From a virus, in UHGV virus genome UHGV-0071160: a stretch of 13,797 nt of DNA, one strand, 5' to 3'. Numbering within the stretch: the stretch's first letter is position 1; the number at the start of each line of letters is the position of its first letter. Positions 1 to 6,850 of this stretch are shown here, piece after piece. The notes below the pieces were generated by a model. That model was not told the origin of the DNA, did no database searches, and saw only the letters and a program-made list of their open reading frames with translations. A program made the position numbers and the translations under genes.

Positions 1-492
1 TGATGCTCTTCTCTGTTTTGTAAAAAGAGCGGTACCAGCCGGAAGCAAGGGCACAAACTGGTACCGCCAAAGCAGTGGCTGTTGTGGTGGGGTTGTCACT
101 CAGGCGTATGGTCAACCTGACAATCCGGTGTCCTCAACGGGGAAAGAGTAACCCCGCCATACTTACCGCCGCGCCATTTCGCGGATTACCACAACGCTGA
201 GAGCACTTAGCCAGTTACAACACCACACTTTGTCGCGGCTCCATAAATGCCCTCATCGTTGCACCCTGGTCTCTTCCCAGGCGTCAAACCGAATCGCCAC
301 GCTGGTTAGGCGTCTTATCAGCATCCTCATTGACTTGCACATTCCGGCTATCTGGTTTGTTTGCCCGAGCAAGGAGTGGATTGTCCCCTTTAACGTCCCC
401 AGACCGCTAACGACGCATGTGCCATACGCCGTGTTACAACCAAATTTTGTTAGTACCTTGTTTGTAGGTCTGGAGAGAAAGATAAAATGAGG

Positions 493-530
493 TTGCGCGT
501 TATGCAAGTGTTTTATTGCGAGATAAGCAA
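493..530. promoter_or_regulatory. Putative OL operator pair: two 15-bp sites TTGCGCGTTATGCAA (493-507) and TTGCGAGATAAGCAA (516-530), likely overlapping a leftward pL
   Basis: Both sites share the inverted ends TTGC...GCAA with a near-identical site at 1300-1314 on the other side of the repressor gene; -35/-10-like hexamers for a minus-strand promoter (TTGCAT / TATCTT) overlap them. Position left of the repressor mirrors lambda OL. Confidence 0.5.
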
Positions 531-540
531 TTTGGTGGGT

Positions 541-564
541 AATGAAAAGCCACCTTCTGGTGGC
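541..564 (-). terminator. Intrinsic terminator downstream of the repressor gene
   Basis: Perfect 6-bp stem GCCACC/GGTGGC (549-554 / 559-564) with 4-nt loop; on the minus strand it is followed by TTTTCATT (complement of 541-548). Lies 23 nt past the repressor stop. Confidence 0.5.
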
Positions 565-586
565 TAATTGATGTTGAGGTAGGGGG

Positions 587-1279
587 TTAATTGTGTCGCT
601 TAAGGGTCTGTGACTGACTGATTAAGACCTTTCCAAAGACCATAAACCGGTGTTCGTTTTCGCTGGTAATTCCCCATTCGCGGTAAATCTGATTATCAGA
701 AATTACCAGCAGTTTATCAGGTATCATTTGCAGTCGTTTGACGTAAATTTTATCATCAAAACCAAATACATATATACCATCCCCATCAAACTGATTGATA
801 CTGATATCAACGAAGATGAGATCTCCTGGCTCAATGGTTGGACACATACTGTCCCCACGAACGTTGATAACTTTAATGTGATTTGCTGGTCGTCCACCAA
901 ACATCGATACAGCATTATCAGTTCTGTATTCAATGGCATGAATCACATCAATGACATCACCGCCCTGGATAAGGCCATTTCCCGCACTGGCACTGACATC
1001 CAGCATTTCAATACGGAATACATCCTTCACCTGCGTAACATCCTCACTAATACTGTTTTTACATACAGTATTACTTTTGAGGTCTGAGGTAAAGAGATCA
1101 GCAATATCAACACCTAAGCTCCTGGCAATATTACTCAGGGCTTGTTCAGTGAATTGTTTCTGCTTACCTGTTTCGAGGCGCGAGATATTCGCCGCATCCA
1201 CTCCTATTGCTTCAGCGAGATCGGCGATTTTCATGTTCTTCGCCTGGCGAAGTTGTCTGACTCGATTTCCTATGTTCAT
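587..1279 (-). CDS. cI-like prophage repressor (N-terminal XRE-type HTH, C-terminal S24 LexA-like autopeptidase domain)
   Basis: 230-aa ORF; N-terminus resembles an XRE HTH (KIADLAEAIGVDAANISRLETG); C-terminus has GDSM (catalytic Ser) and YVKRL (catalytic Lys) typical of S24 peptidases. Divergent from a Cro-like gene across an operator-rich spacer; no SD before the ATG, so possibly leaderless like lambda cI. Confidence 0.9.
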   Translation of the reverse strand: MNIGNRVRQLRQAKNMKIADLAEAIGVDAANISRLETGKQKQFTEQALSNIARSLGVDIADLFTSDLKSNTVCKNSISEDVTQVKDVFRIEMLDVSASAGNGLIQGGDVIDVIHAIEYRTDNAVSMFGGRPANHIKVINVRGDSMCPTIEPGDLIFVDISINQFDGDGIYVFGFDDKIYVKRLQMIPDKLLVISDNQIYREWGITSENEHRFMVFGKVLISQSQTLKRHN

Positions 1280-1299
1280 GCGTTTATTACATTTCTTTA

Positions 1300-1362
1300 T
1301 TGCGCGTTAAGCAAATCAACTTGCGCAAAATATTTGCGTGAAATAATATGCTCATCACGCAA
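1300..1362. promoter_or_regulatory. OR-like operator/promoter region (candidate pR and pRM)
   Basis: Operator TTGCGCGTTAAGCAA at 1300-1314 (same motif as at 493-530), degenerate copy on the opposite strand at 1348-1362, and palindrome CGCAAA-ATA-TTTGCG at 1324-1338. Candidate pR: -35 TTGCGC (1321-1326), 17-bp spacer, -10 TAATAT (1344-1349). Candidate leaderless pRM -10 TAATAA on the minus strand (1284-1289). Confidence 0.5.
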
Positions 1363-1376
1363 TATGTGGAGGTTAT

Positions 1377-1637
1377 ATGCAATCACCATTACGGAATGTG
1401 CGTAAGGCGCACGGATTTACTTTGCAGCATGTTGCTGCGGGCGTTCAGGTCAATCCAGCGACGCTGAGTCGTATTGAAAGACTGGAACAAATTCCATCTA
1501 TCGATCTTGCAGAACGTCTGGCCAATTTTTTTAAGGGTGAAATCAGCGAAATGCAGATTCTTTATCCGGCACGTTTTCAATCTAGCCAAAACCAGAATGG
1601 GTTTAAACCACAGGAACAGGAGGTAAGCCGTGGGTAA
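1377..1637 (+). CDS. Cro-like HTH regulator (XRE family)
   Basis: 86-aa ORF with HTH (FTLQHVAAGVQVNPATLSRIE); strong SD GGAGG 5 nt upstream of ATG; first gene of the rightward operon, divergent from the repressor. Confidence 0.8.
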   Translation: MQSPLRNVRKAHGFTLQHVAAGVQVNPATLSRIERLEQIPSIDLAERLANFFKGEISEMQILYPARFQSSQNQNGFKPQEQEVSRG

Positions 1638-2187
1638 GCATCATTGGAAAGTGGAAAAACAACCTGAGTGGTACGTGAAAGCTGTCAGAAAAACTATCGC
1701 GGCATTGCCTGGGGGTTACGCTGAAGCTGCTGACTGGCTGGATGTAACAGAGAACGCTTTATTCAACCGCCTTCGTGCAGATGGCGATCAGATTTTCCCG
1801 CTGGGATGGGCAATGGTTTTACAGCGCGCGGCTGGCACTCACTACATTGCGGATGCTGTCGCACAATCTGCTGGTGGGGTGTTCGTATCGCTTCCTGAAA
1901 TTGAGGAAGTAGAGAACGCCGATATAAACCAGCGCCTGCTGGAAGTCATCGAACAGATCGGGAATTACTCAAGGCAGATTCGTTCGGCAATCGAAGATGG
2001 GGTCGTGGAGCCACACGAGCAGACAGCAATTAATGATGAGTTGTATCTGTCAATTTCGAAGCTCCAGGAGCATGCAGCACTGGTCTACAAAATCTTTTGC
2101 GCTCCAGAAAAGAGTGACGCCCGCGAGTGTGCAGCTCCGGGCGTCGTGGCGTCGATTGCTTCTGGTTGTGGAGAAACTAACGCATGA
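1630..2187 (+). CDS. Early-operon protein at the cII position (uncharacterised; possibly a CII-like regulator)
   Basis: 185-aa ORF; GTG start preceded by AGGAGG (1617-1622); overlaps the Cro-like stop and is ATGA-coupled to the next ORF. Function is assigned by position only. Confidence 0.6.
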   Translation: MGKHHWKVEKQPEWYVKAVRKTIAALPGGYAEAADWLDVTENALFNRLRADGDQIFPLGWAMVLQRAAGTHYIADAVAQSAGGVFVSLPEIEEVENADINQRLLEVIEQIGNYSRQIRSAIEDGVVEPHEQTAINDELYLSISKLQEHAALVYKIFCAPEKSDARECAAPGVVASIASGCGETNA

Positions 2188-3332
2188 ACAGTTTAACGGC
2201 AAATAACCGTTTGTCGCAACAGCTGGTGGTCAGCGTCGCTGAACACCTGTTGTTACGGCATGAATGCAGATTACCAAATCACCTGGCTGTAAGTAACCAC
2301 AGAGAACTTTACCTGACTGTGGGGGGCGAGTTGTGCAGGAACTTAACCGCTGGTTTCGTGACGGAAGAGGACTTTATGTTCATGTTATTCGTTGGGAGCC
2401 AGAAACACAGCGCGTTATCTATCTTCGCAAAGACTACCAGCATGAGTGCTTTAGTCCTTTGTGGAAATTCAGGCGTGATTTTGTTGAGTGTGAAGGACCA
2501 CCAGCACATTGATTCTGCCATTCCGGGACGTTACACTGTTCAGGCACCTTATAAAGCGGGTGTCGGGATTGGCGTCCTGGAATTGCATACGGCGACAATT
2601 GGCGCGTTAGCGTCTTTTTTGTTGCTACAACTCAGCTATACCCAAATTATGGTGGGCTGGGTGGGGGCACCGAAAGGTGCGCCGGTTTCCGTATGCGCCG
2701 GTTACGCCAACCCTGCTCAGTTCACCACCAGCGAAATTGGCGTTTCCGGTGGTGGAAGTTATCCATTGCATACGGAGGCTGCCATCATGGCTACGATCCC
2801 AACCCTCACTCAACCTGAAATTGCCATCGTTGATGGTCAGGCTGTTACTTCATCCCTGGCTGTTGCCAACTTCTTCTCCAAACGTCATGACGATGTACTG
2901 AAAAAGATCCGCACGCTTGAATGTTCCGCATCATTCACTGCCCGCAATTTTTCGGTGAGTGATTACACCGATTGCACAGGCCGCAAACTACCTTGCTATC
3001 AAATAACCCGCGACGGCTTTGCGTTTCTTGCTATGGGTTTCACGGGTAAACGTGCTGCCCAGTTCAAAGAGGCATACATCAATGCCTTTAACCAGATGGA
3101 AAAACTGCTTTCAAAGCCATCCACGCTGAGCGATGCCGCAGATAACGCCAGCGTGCTTTACTCCCACCTGTCGGTAATCCACAAGGTCTGGCTGCAGCAG
3201 CTTTATCCCATGTTGGCAAAAGCCGAATCCCCGCTGGCTGTAAGTCTGTATGACCGCATCAACGACGCGGCGCTACTGGCCAGTCTCATAAATTTGTCGC
3301 TGAACCCTTCAGAGGTAAGGGGGCGCAAATGA
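2184..3332 (+). CDS. Rha-family phage regulatory protein (Rha-like domain in the C-terminal 182 aa); ~200-aa upstream in-frame extension of uncertain status, alternative start at ATG 2787
   Basis: Open frame of 382 codons. Residues from the internal Met at 2787 (MATIPTLTQPEIAIVDGQAVTSSLAVANFFSKRHDDVLKKIRTL...) match the usual N-terminus of Rha proteins, with GGAGG 8 nt upstream. The upstream 200 codons are low in charged residues, but the frame stays open and the 2184 ATG is ATGA-coupled to the preceding gene. Confidence 0.55.
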   Translation: MNSLTANNRLSQQLVVSVAEHLLLRHECRLPNHLAVSNHRELYLTVGGELCRNLTAGFVTEEDFMFMLFVGSQKHSALSIFAKTTSMSALVLCGNSGVILLSVKDHQHIDSAIPGRYTVQAPYKAGVGIGVLELHTATIGALASFLLLQLSYTQIMVGWVGAPKGAPVSVCAGYANPAQFTTSEIGVSGGGSYPLHTEAAIMATIPTLTQPEIAIVDGQAVTSSLAVANFFSKRHDDVLKKIRTLECSASFTARNFSVSDYTDCTGRKLPCYQITRDGFAFLAMGFTGKRAAQFKEAYINAFNQMEKLLSKPSTLSDAADNASVLYSHLSVIHKVWLQQLYPMLAKAESPLAVSLYDRINDAALLASLINLSLNPSEVRGRK

Positions 3333-3553
3333 TCCGGAATATTTTCAAACGGTTTACCAATCATACTTTCCGTTGTCCTCGTCCGGGTCAGTGGTACACC
3401 ACGCCTGCAGGGCATGTTCTACGTGTTAGCCTGGTTGACCGTGAATGTCAGAAGGTGATTTGTGAACCGCTGGGCCGTAATTACCGCGTCAGTATGCCGC
3501 TTATAGCCTTTTGCTCCGGAAAAATGTTTAAGCGTCTGGGAGGTGTGGCGTGA
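3329..3553 (+). CDS. Small hypothetical protein (74 aa, Cys-containing)
   Basis: ATGA overlap with the upstream stop, SD-like AAGGGGG 5 nt upstream; part of the coupled operon. Confidence 0.5.
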   Translation: MIRNIFKRFTNHTFRCPRPGQWYTTPAGHVLRVSLVDRECQKVICEPLGRNYRVSMPLIAFCSGKMFKRLGGVA

Positions 3554-3849
3554 ACTGTTTTCAGTTTGTGTGCGGATGTGCTTTCGATAACCCGATTCAG
3601 CGCCTGATTATGTTGCGTGTTTTGATGTCGGGTTCTTCAGACGGTGAAGGCGAGAGAGTTATTGATCATCAGGTGCTTGCTGATTTCTGCTGTTGTTCTA
3701 AGCAAGCGATATTCAGGGAAACCCTGGCACTGGAAAGAGCTGGTTATCTTCATATCCGAAAAATTGCAACGCTTACTATTGATGCAAAAGCCAGACTACA
3801 ACCTGCGCGTGGCTACACAATTCTCATGCTGCGGAAGGAGGTTGTATGA
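3550..3849 (+). CDS. Small hypothetical protein (99 aa), possibly DNA-binding
   Basis: GTG start with GGGAGG 7 nt upstream; GTGA overlap with the upstream stop; ATGA-coupled to the downstream replication gene. Confidence 0.55.
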   Translation: MNCFQFVCGCAFDNPIQRLIMLRVLMSGSSDGEGERVIDHQVLADFCCCSKQAIFRETLALERAGYLHIRKIATLTIDAKARLQPARGYTILMLRKEVV

Positions 3850-4829
3850 GCCGTTACGCCCCCACACCGGAAGTTATGGCTATTGGTCAAATTAATATTT
3901 CCGGCAATGTTACACCTGCGACCTGGTGGAAATATATTCGACTACCCAGTGGGCGTCCGGATGCGACGGCTATCGCTCTGCTTTCAGAGATCGTTTACTG
4001 GTACCGCCCGACAGAGGTCAGGGATGAGCACACCGGAGCGTTGCTGGGATATCGCAAGCGTTTTCAGGGCGACAAACTGCAAAGAAGCTACCAGGCGTTT
4101 GCTGAGCAGTTTGGTTTCGGGAAAAGGGAAACCGCAGATGCGCTGAAGCGTCTGCGCGATGCAGGGTTTATTACTCTGGATTTACGCACGGTGGAAATGC
4201 TCGATGGGGTGAAATGCAGCAATATTTTGTTTGTCGGGATCAACCCACAGGCAATTGCGGCCATCACCACACCTTCTTCTGTTTCGCCAGAAAGTAACAG
4301 CAATAATGCAATCAGCGATACAGCTATTACGTTAAAACGGAACACCCCCCGACGTCATAACGGAACAGGGGATACGCCGAATGTTGATACAAATACAGAG
4401 ATTACTACAGAGATTACAACGGAGACTAAAAACACTATTGATGCATCCGCTGACGCGTCTGCGCCAGCGCGTTCTGCCCGACAGGAATATTCACCGGAAT
4501 TTGAACAGGCCTGGCAGGAATATCCCAAACGTGCTGGTGGCAATTCAAAATCAGCAGCCTTCAAAGCCTGGAAAGCCCGTTTGAACGAGGGGGTAAACCC
4601 CGAAACCATGCTGGAAGGTGTGAAACGCTACGCGGGCTGGGTATCTGCGATGGGCAATAGCGGCACACAATTTGTGAAACAGGCTGTCACGTTCTTTGGT
4701 CCGGATCGTCATTTCGAAGAATCCTGGGAAGTTCCTGCGGTATCTGCAGCCAGACGCGAGGACCCGTACTTCAAAGCCAGTTACGACAACGTGGACTACA
4801 GCCAGATCCCGACAGGATTCAGGGGGTGA
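3846..4829 (+). CDS. Phage replication initiator / replisome-organiser-like protein
   Basis: 327-aa ORF, GGAGG 4 nt before ATG. Two-domain layout with a low-complexity linker (TEITTEITTETK) and a conserved-looking C-terminal domain (EYSPEFEQAWQEYPKRAGG...FKAWKARL). Sits where lambdoid phages carry the O-like initiator; contains internal DNA repeats (see repeat feature). Confidence 0.7.
   Translation: MSRYAPTPEVMAIGQINISGNVTPATWWKYIRLPSGRPDATAIALLSEIVYWYRPTEVRDEHTGALLGYRKRFQGDKLQRSYQAFAEQFGFGKRETADALKRLRDAGFITLDLRTVEMLDGVKCSNILFVGINPQAIAAITTPSSVSPESNSNNAISDTAITLKRNTPRRHNGTGDTPNVDTNTEITTEITTETKNTIDASADASAPARSARQEYSPEFEQAWQEYPKRAGGNSKSAAFKAWKARLNEGVNPETMLEGVKRYAGWVSAMGNSGTQFVKQAVTFFGPDRHFEESWEVPAVSAARREDPYFKASYDNVDYSQIPTGFRG
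4395..4430. repeat. Tandem 12-bp repeats (ACAGAGATTACT / ACAGAGATTACA / ACGGAGACTAAA) inside the replication gene; candidate origin iterons
   Basis: Three consecutive 12-mers seen directly. Just upstream, AACGGAACA occurs twice (4336-4344, 4359-4367) with CCCC/GGGG flanks. In lambda the origin lies inside the O gene. Confidence 0.45.
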
Positions 4830-5320
4830 TCATGAGTCTGATGAACGATGTACAGAAATTCATTGAAGCCCATCCGGGGTGTACTTCAGGTGACATTGCG
4901 GATGCTTTTGCTGGTTACTCACGACAGTGCGTTCTGCAGTCAGCAAGCAAGTTACGTCAGAGTGGCCGTGTGGCTCACTGTTGTGAAGGGAAAACACGCA
5001 GACATTTCCCACACCAGGCTGAGATATCGCAGGAGGAGAAACTGCAACCTGTTCTTGAAACCATACCTGTGCGCAATTTCTATGTCGGCACTAACGATCC
5101 CCGGGTGATTTTGTGCCTGACCCGCCAGGCGGAAGAACTGGAGTCCAGGGGCTTATACCGTCGTGCTGCAACGGTGTGGATGGCGGCATTCCGTGAAAGC
5201 CACTCCCAGCCAGAACGAAACAATTTTCTGGCGCGTCGTGAGCAGTGTTTACGGAAAAGCAGCAAGCGCGCTGTATCGGGTGATGAGTGGTATCTGTCAG
5301 GGAATTACGTGGGGGCTTAA
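4826..5320 (+). CDS. PerC-family (YfdN-like) putative transcriptional regulator
   Basis: 164-aa ORF; the motif EELESRGLYRRAATVWMAAF resembles the conserved core of PerC/Pch proteins as recalled. GTG 4826 overlaps the upstream stop; alternative ATG at 4832 with AGGGGG SD. Confidence 0.55.
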   Translation: MIMSLMNDVQKFIEAHPGCTSGDIADAFAGYSRQCVLQSASKLRQSGRVAHCCEGKTRRHFPHQAEISQEEKLQPVLETIPVRNFYVGTNDPRVILCLTRQAEELESRGLYRRAATVWMAAFRESHSQPERNNFLARREQCLRKSSKRAVSGDEWYLSGNYVGA

Positions 5321-5973
5321 TGAGTAATAAATATTGCCAGGCGCTGGTGGAACTACGGAACAAACCAGCCCATGAACTGAAGGAAGTGGGCGATCAGTGG
5401 CGCACGCCGGACAACATTTTCTGGGGAATTAACACCCTGTTTGGCCCGTTTGTTCTGGATCTGTTTACTGACGGTGATAACGCCAAATGTGCCGCGTATT
5501 ACACGGCGGAAGACAACGCGCTGGCACATGACTGGTCAGAACGTCTTGCGGAGCTTAAAGGTGCTGCCTTTGGTAATCCCCCGTACAGCCGCGCCAGTCA
5601 GCATGAGGGACAATACATCACCGGCATGCGTTACATCATGAAGCATGCCAGTGCCATGCGTGATAAAGGCGGGCGCTATGTTTTCCTGATCAAAGCGGCC
5701 ACCAGCGAAGTGTGGTGGCCGGAAGATGCAGATCATATTGCTTTTATTCGCGGGCGTATTGGTTTTGAACTGCCAGCCTGGTTTATCCCGAAAGACGAAA
5801 AGCAGGTGCCAACAGGTGCTTTCTTCGCTGGTGCTATTGCTGTTTTCGACAAGACCTGGAAGGGAGCGGCAATCAGCTACATCGGGCGCGATGAACTTGA
5901 GGCATGTGGTGAGGCATTTCTGGCGCAGGTTCGCCAGCAGGCGGAAAAACTGGTCAGGGAGATGGCGGCATGA
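5320..5973 (+). CDS. Phage Dam-like DNA N6-adenine methyltransferase
   Basis: NPPY catalytic motif (AAFGNPPYS) and overall resemblance to phage Dam-family proteins. ATG at 5320 overlaps the upstream TAA; an in-frame ATG at 5287 is an alternative start. Confidence 0.8.
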   Translation: MSNKYCQALVELRNKPAHELKEVGDQWRTPDNIFWGINTLFGPFVLDLFTDGDNAKCAAYYTAEDNALAHDWSERLAELKGAAFGNPPYSRASQHEGQYITGMRYIMKHASAMRDKGGRYVFLIKAATSEVWWPEDADHIAFIRGRIGFELPAWFIPKDEKQVPTGAFFAGAIAVFDKTWKGAAISYIGRDELEACGEAFLAQVRQQAEKLVREMAA

Positions 5974-6296
5974 CGACATTAACTCAATGCCAGCAGCAGG
6001 TGCTGGATATGCTGATTTCTTATCAGAAAGAACGTGGCTTCCCGCCAACCAATCAGGAGGTGGCAACCATGCTGGGATACCGTTCGGTGAATGCAGCGGT
6101 GGAGCATCTTCGCGCACTGGAGAAAAAAGGTGTCATCACGATAAAGCGTGGCGTGGCCCGGGGTATCACTCTTCATACCGCGGTGAAGGACGACGACAGC
6201 GAGGCGGTCGGGATTATCCGCGCCCTGCTTGCCGGTGAGGCAAACGCCAGGCTGCGTGCAGCCCACTGGTTACATGAGAGGGGCCTGAAAGTATGA
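5970..6296 (+). CDS. LexA DNA-binding-domain-only protein (LexA N-terminal wHTH paralog lacking the S24 cleavage domain)
   Basis: 108-aa ORF. Residues 4-65 align closely by eye with the E. coli LexA N-terminal domain (LTQCQQQVLDMLISYQKERGFPPTNQEVATMLGYRSVNAAVEHLRALEKKGVI versus LexA [53 protein letters not shown]). No Ser/Lys peptidase domain follows. ATGA-coupled on both sides. Confidence 0.8.
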   Translation: MTTLTQCQQQVLDMLISYQKERGFPPTNQEVATMLGYRSVNAAVEHLRALEKKGVITIKRGVARGITLHTAVKDDDSEAVGIIRALLAGEANARLRAAHWLHERGLKV

Positions 6297-6688
6297 AGCT
6301 AATACTGCCTTTTCCGCCCAGCGTGAACACGTACTGGCGACACCCCAACAAAGGGGCGTTTGCTGGTAAGAGCCTGATAAGCGCGGCGGGGCGAAAATTC
6401 CAGAGCGCGGCGTGTGCAGCAATAGTTGAGCAGTTACGTCGTCTGCCGAAACCAACGTCGGCACCTGCTTCAGTGGAGATCGTGTTGTTTCCTCCGGATA
6501 ACCGGATCCGCGATCTGGACAACTATAACAAGGCGCTGTTTGACGCCCTGACCCACGCGGGTGTGTGGGAAGACGACAGCCAGGTGAAAAGAATGCTGGT
6601 GGAGTGGGGACCGGTTATCCCGGAAGGGAAGGTCGAGATCACTATCAGTAAGTACGAAAAAGCGAGTTGCAAATTAGCAACTCGGTAA
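6293..6688 (+). CDS. rusA: RusA-family Holliday junction resolvase
   Basis: 131-aa ORF with the RusA signature (PPSVNTYWRH ... RDLDNYNKALFDALTHAGVWEDDSQV) and catalytic Asp cluster; ATGA overlap with the upstream gene. Confidence 0.85.
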   Translation: MKLILPFPPSVNTYWRHPNKGAFAGKSLISAAGRKFQSAACAAIVEQLRRLPKPTSAPASVEIVLFPPDNRIRDLDNYNKALFDALTHAGVWEDDSQVKRMLVEWGPVIPEGKVEITISKYEKASCKLATR

Positions 6689-6733
6689 CGGAATTGAGCA
6701 ACACCCTAAATTTGGGTATTACCTCGTTAAAGA

Positions 6734-6753
6734 TACTGTATTTATGAACAGTG
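6734..6753. promoter_or_regulatory. Consensus LexA (SOS) box TACTGTATTTATGAACAGTG upstream of the KilA-N gene
   Basis: Exact CTGT-N8-ACAG core (6736-6751) with AT-rich spacer, in a 160-bp AT-rich intergenic region before the KilA-N gene. Confidence 0.6.
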
Positions 6754-6850
6754 TATCCTTGATAACTATTAAAAATCGCAGTAAGTTCATCCTGCATCAA
6801 CGAAAAGGGAGTGCAGTCCCGCTCGTGGATAAAAATTTGTGGAGAAACCA

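Noticed and set aside
230-507. Track ORFs 230..490(+) and 253..507(-) left of the repressor
   Set aside because: No RBS, odd composition, and the minus ORF starts (TTG) inside the putative OL operator; the region looks like a structured leader.
650-1405. Track ORFs 650..1087(+), 724..939(-), 951..1310(+), 1142..1405(+) overlapping the repressor gene
   Set aside because: They are antisense or out of frame to a well-supported 230-aa repressor CDS, lack RBS and domain signatures, and two of them run through the operator region.
3846-5320. DnaC-like helicase loader in the replication module
   Set aside because: Neither the 327-aa nor the 164-aa protein has a Walker A (GxxxxGK[ST]) motif; the second looks PerC-like instead.
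5536-6522. Long minus-strand ORFs (5536..6117 193 aa, 5979..6266, 6214..6522) antisense to the Dam-like, LexA-like and RusA genes
   Set aside because: They are shadow ORFs of a tightly coupled plus-strand operon with clear domain matches; their translations are Arg/Pro/Gly-rich as expected for antisense reading.
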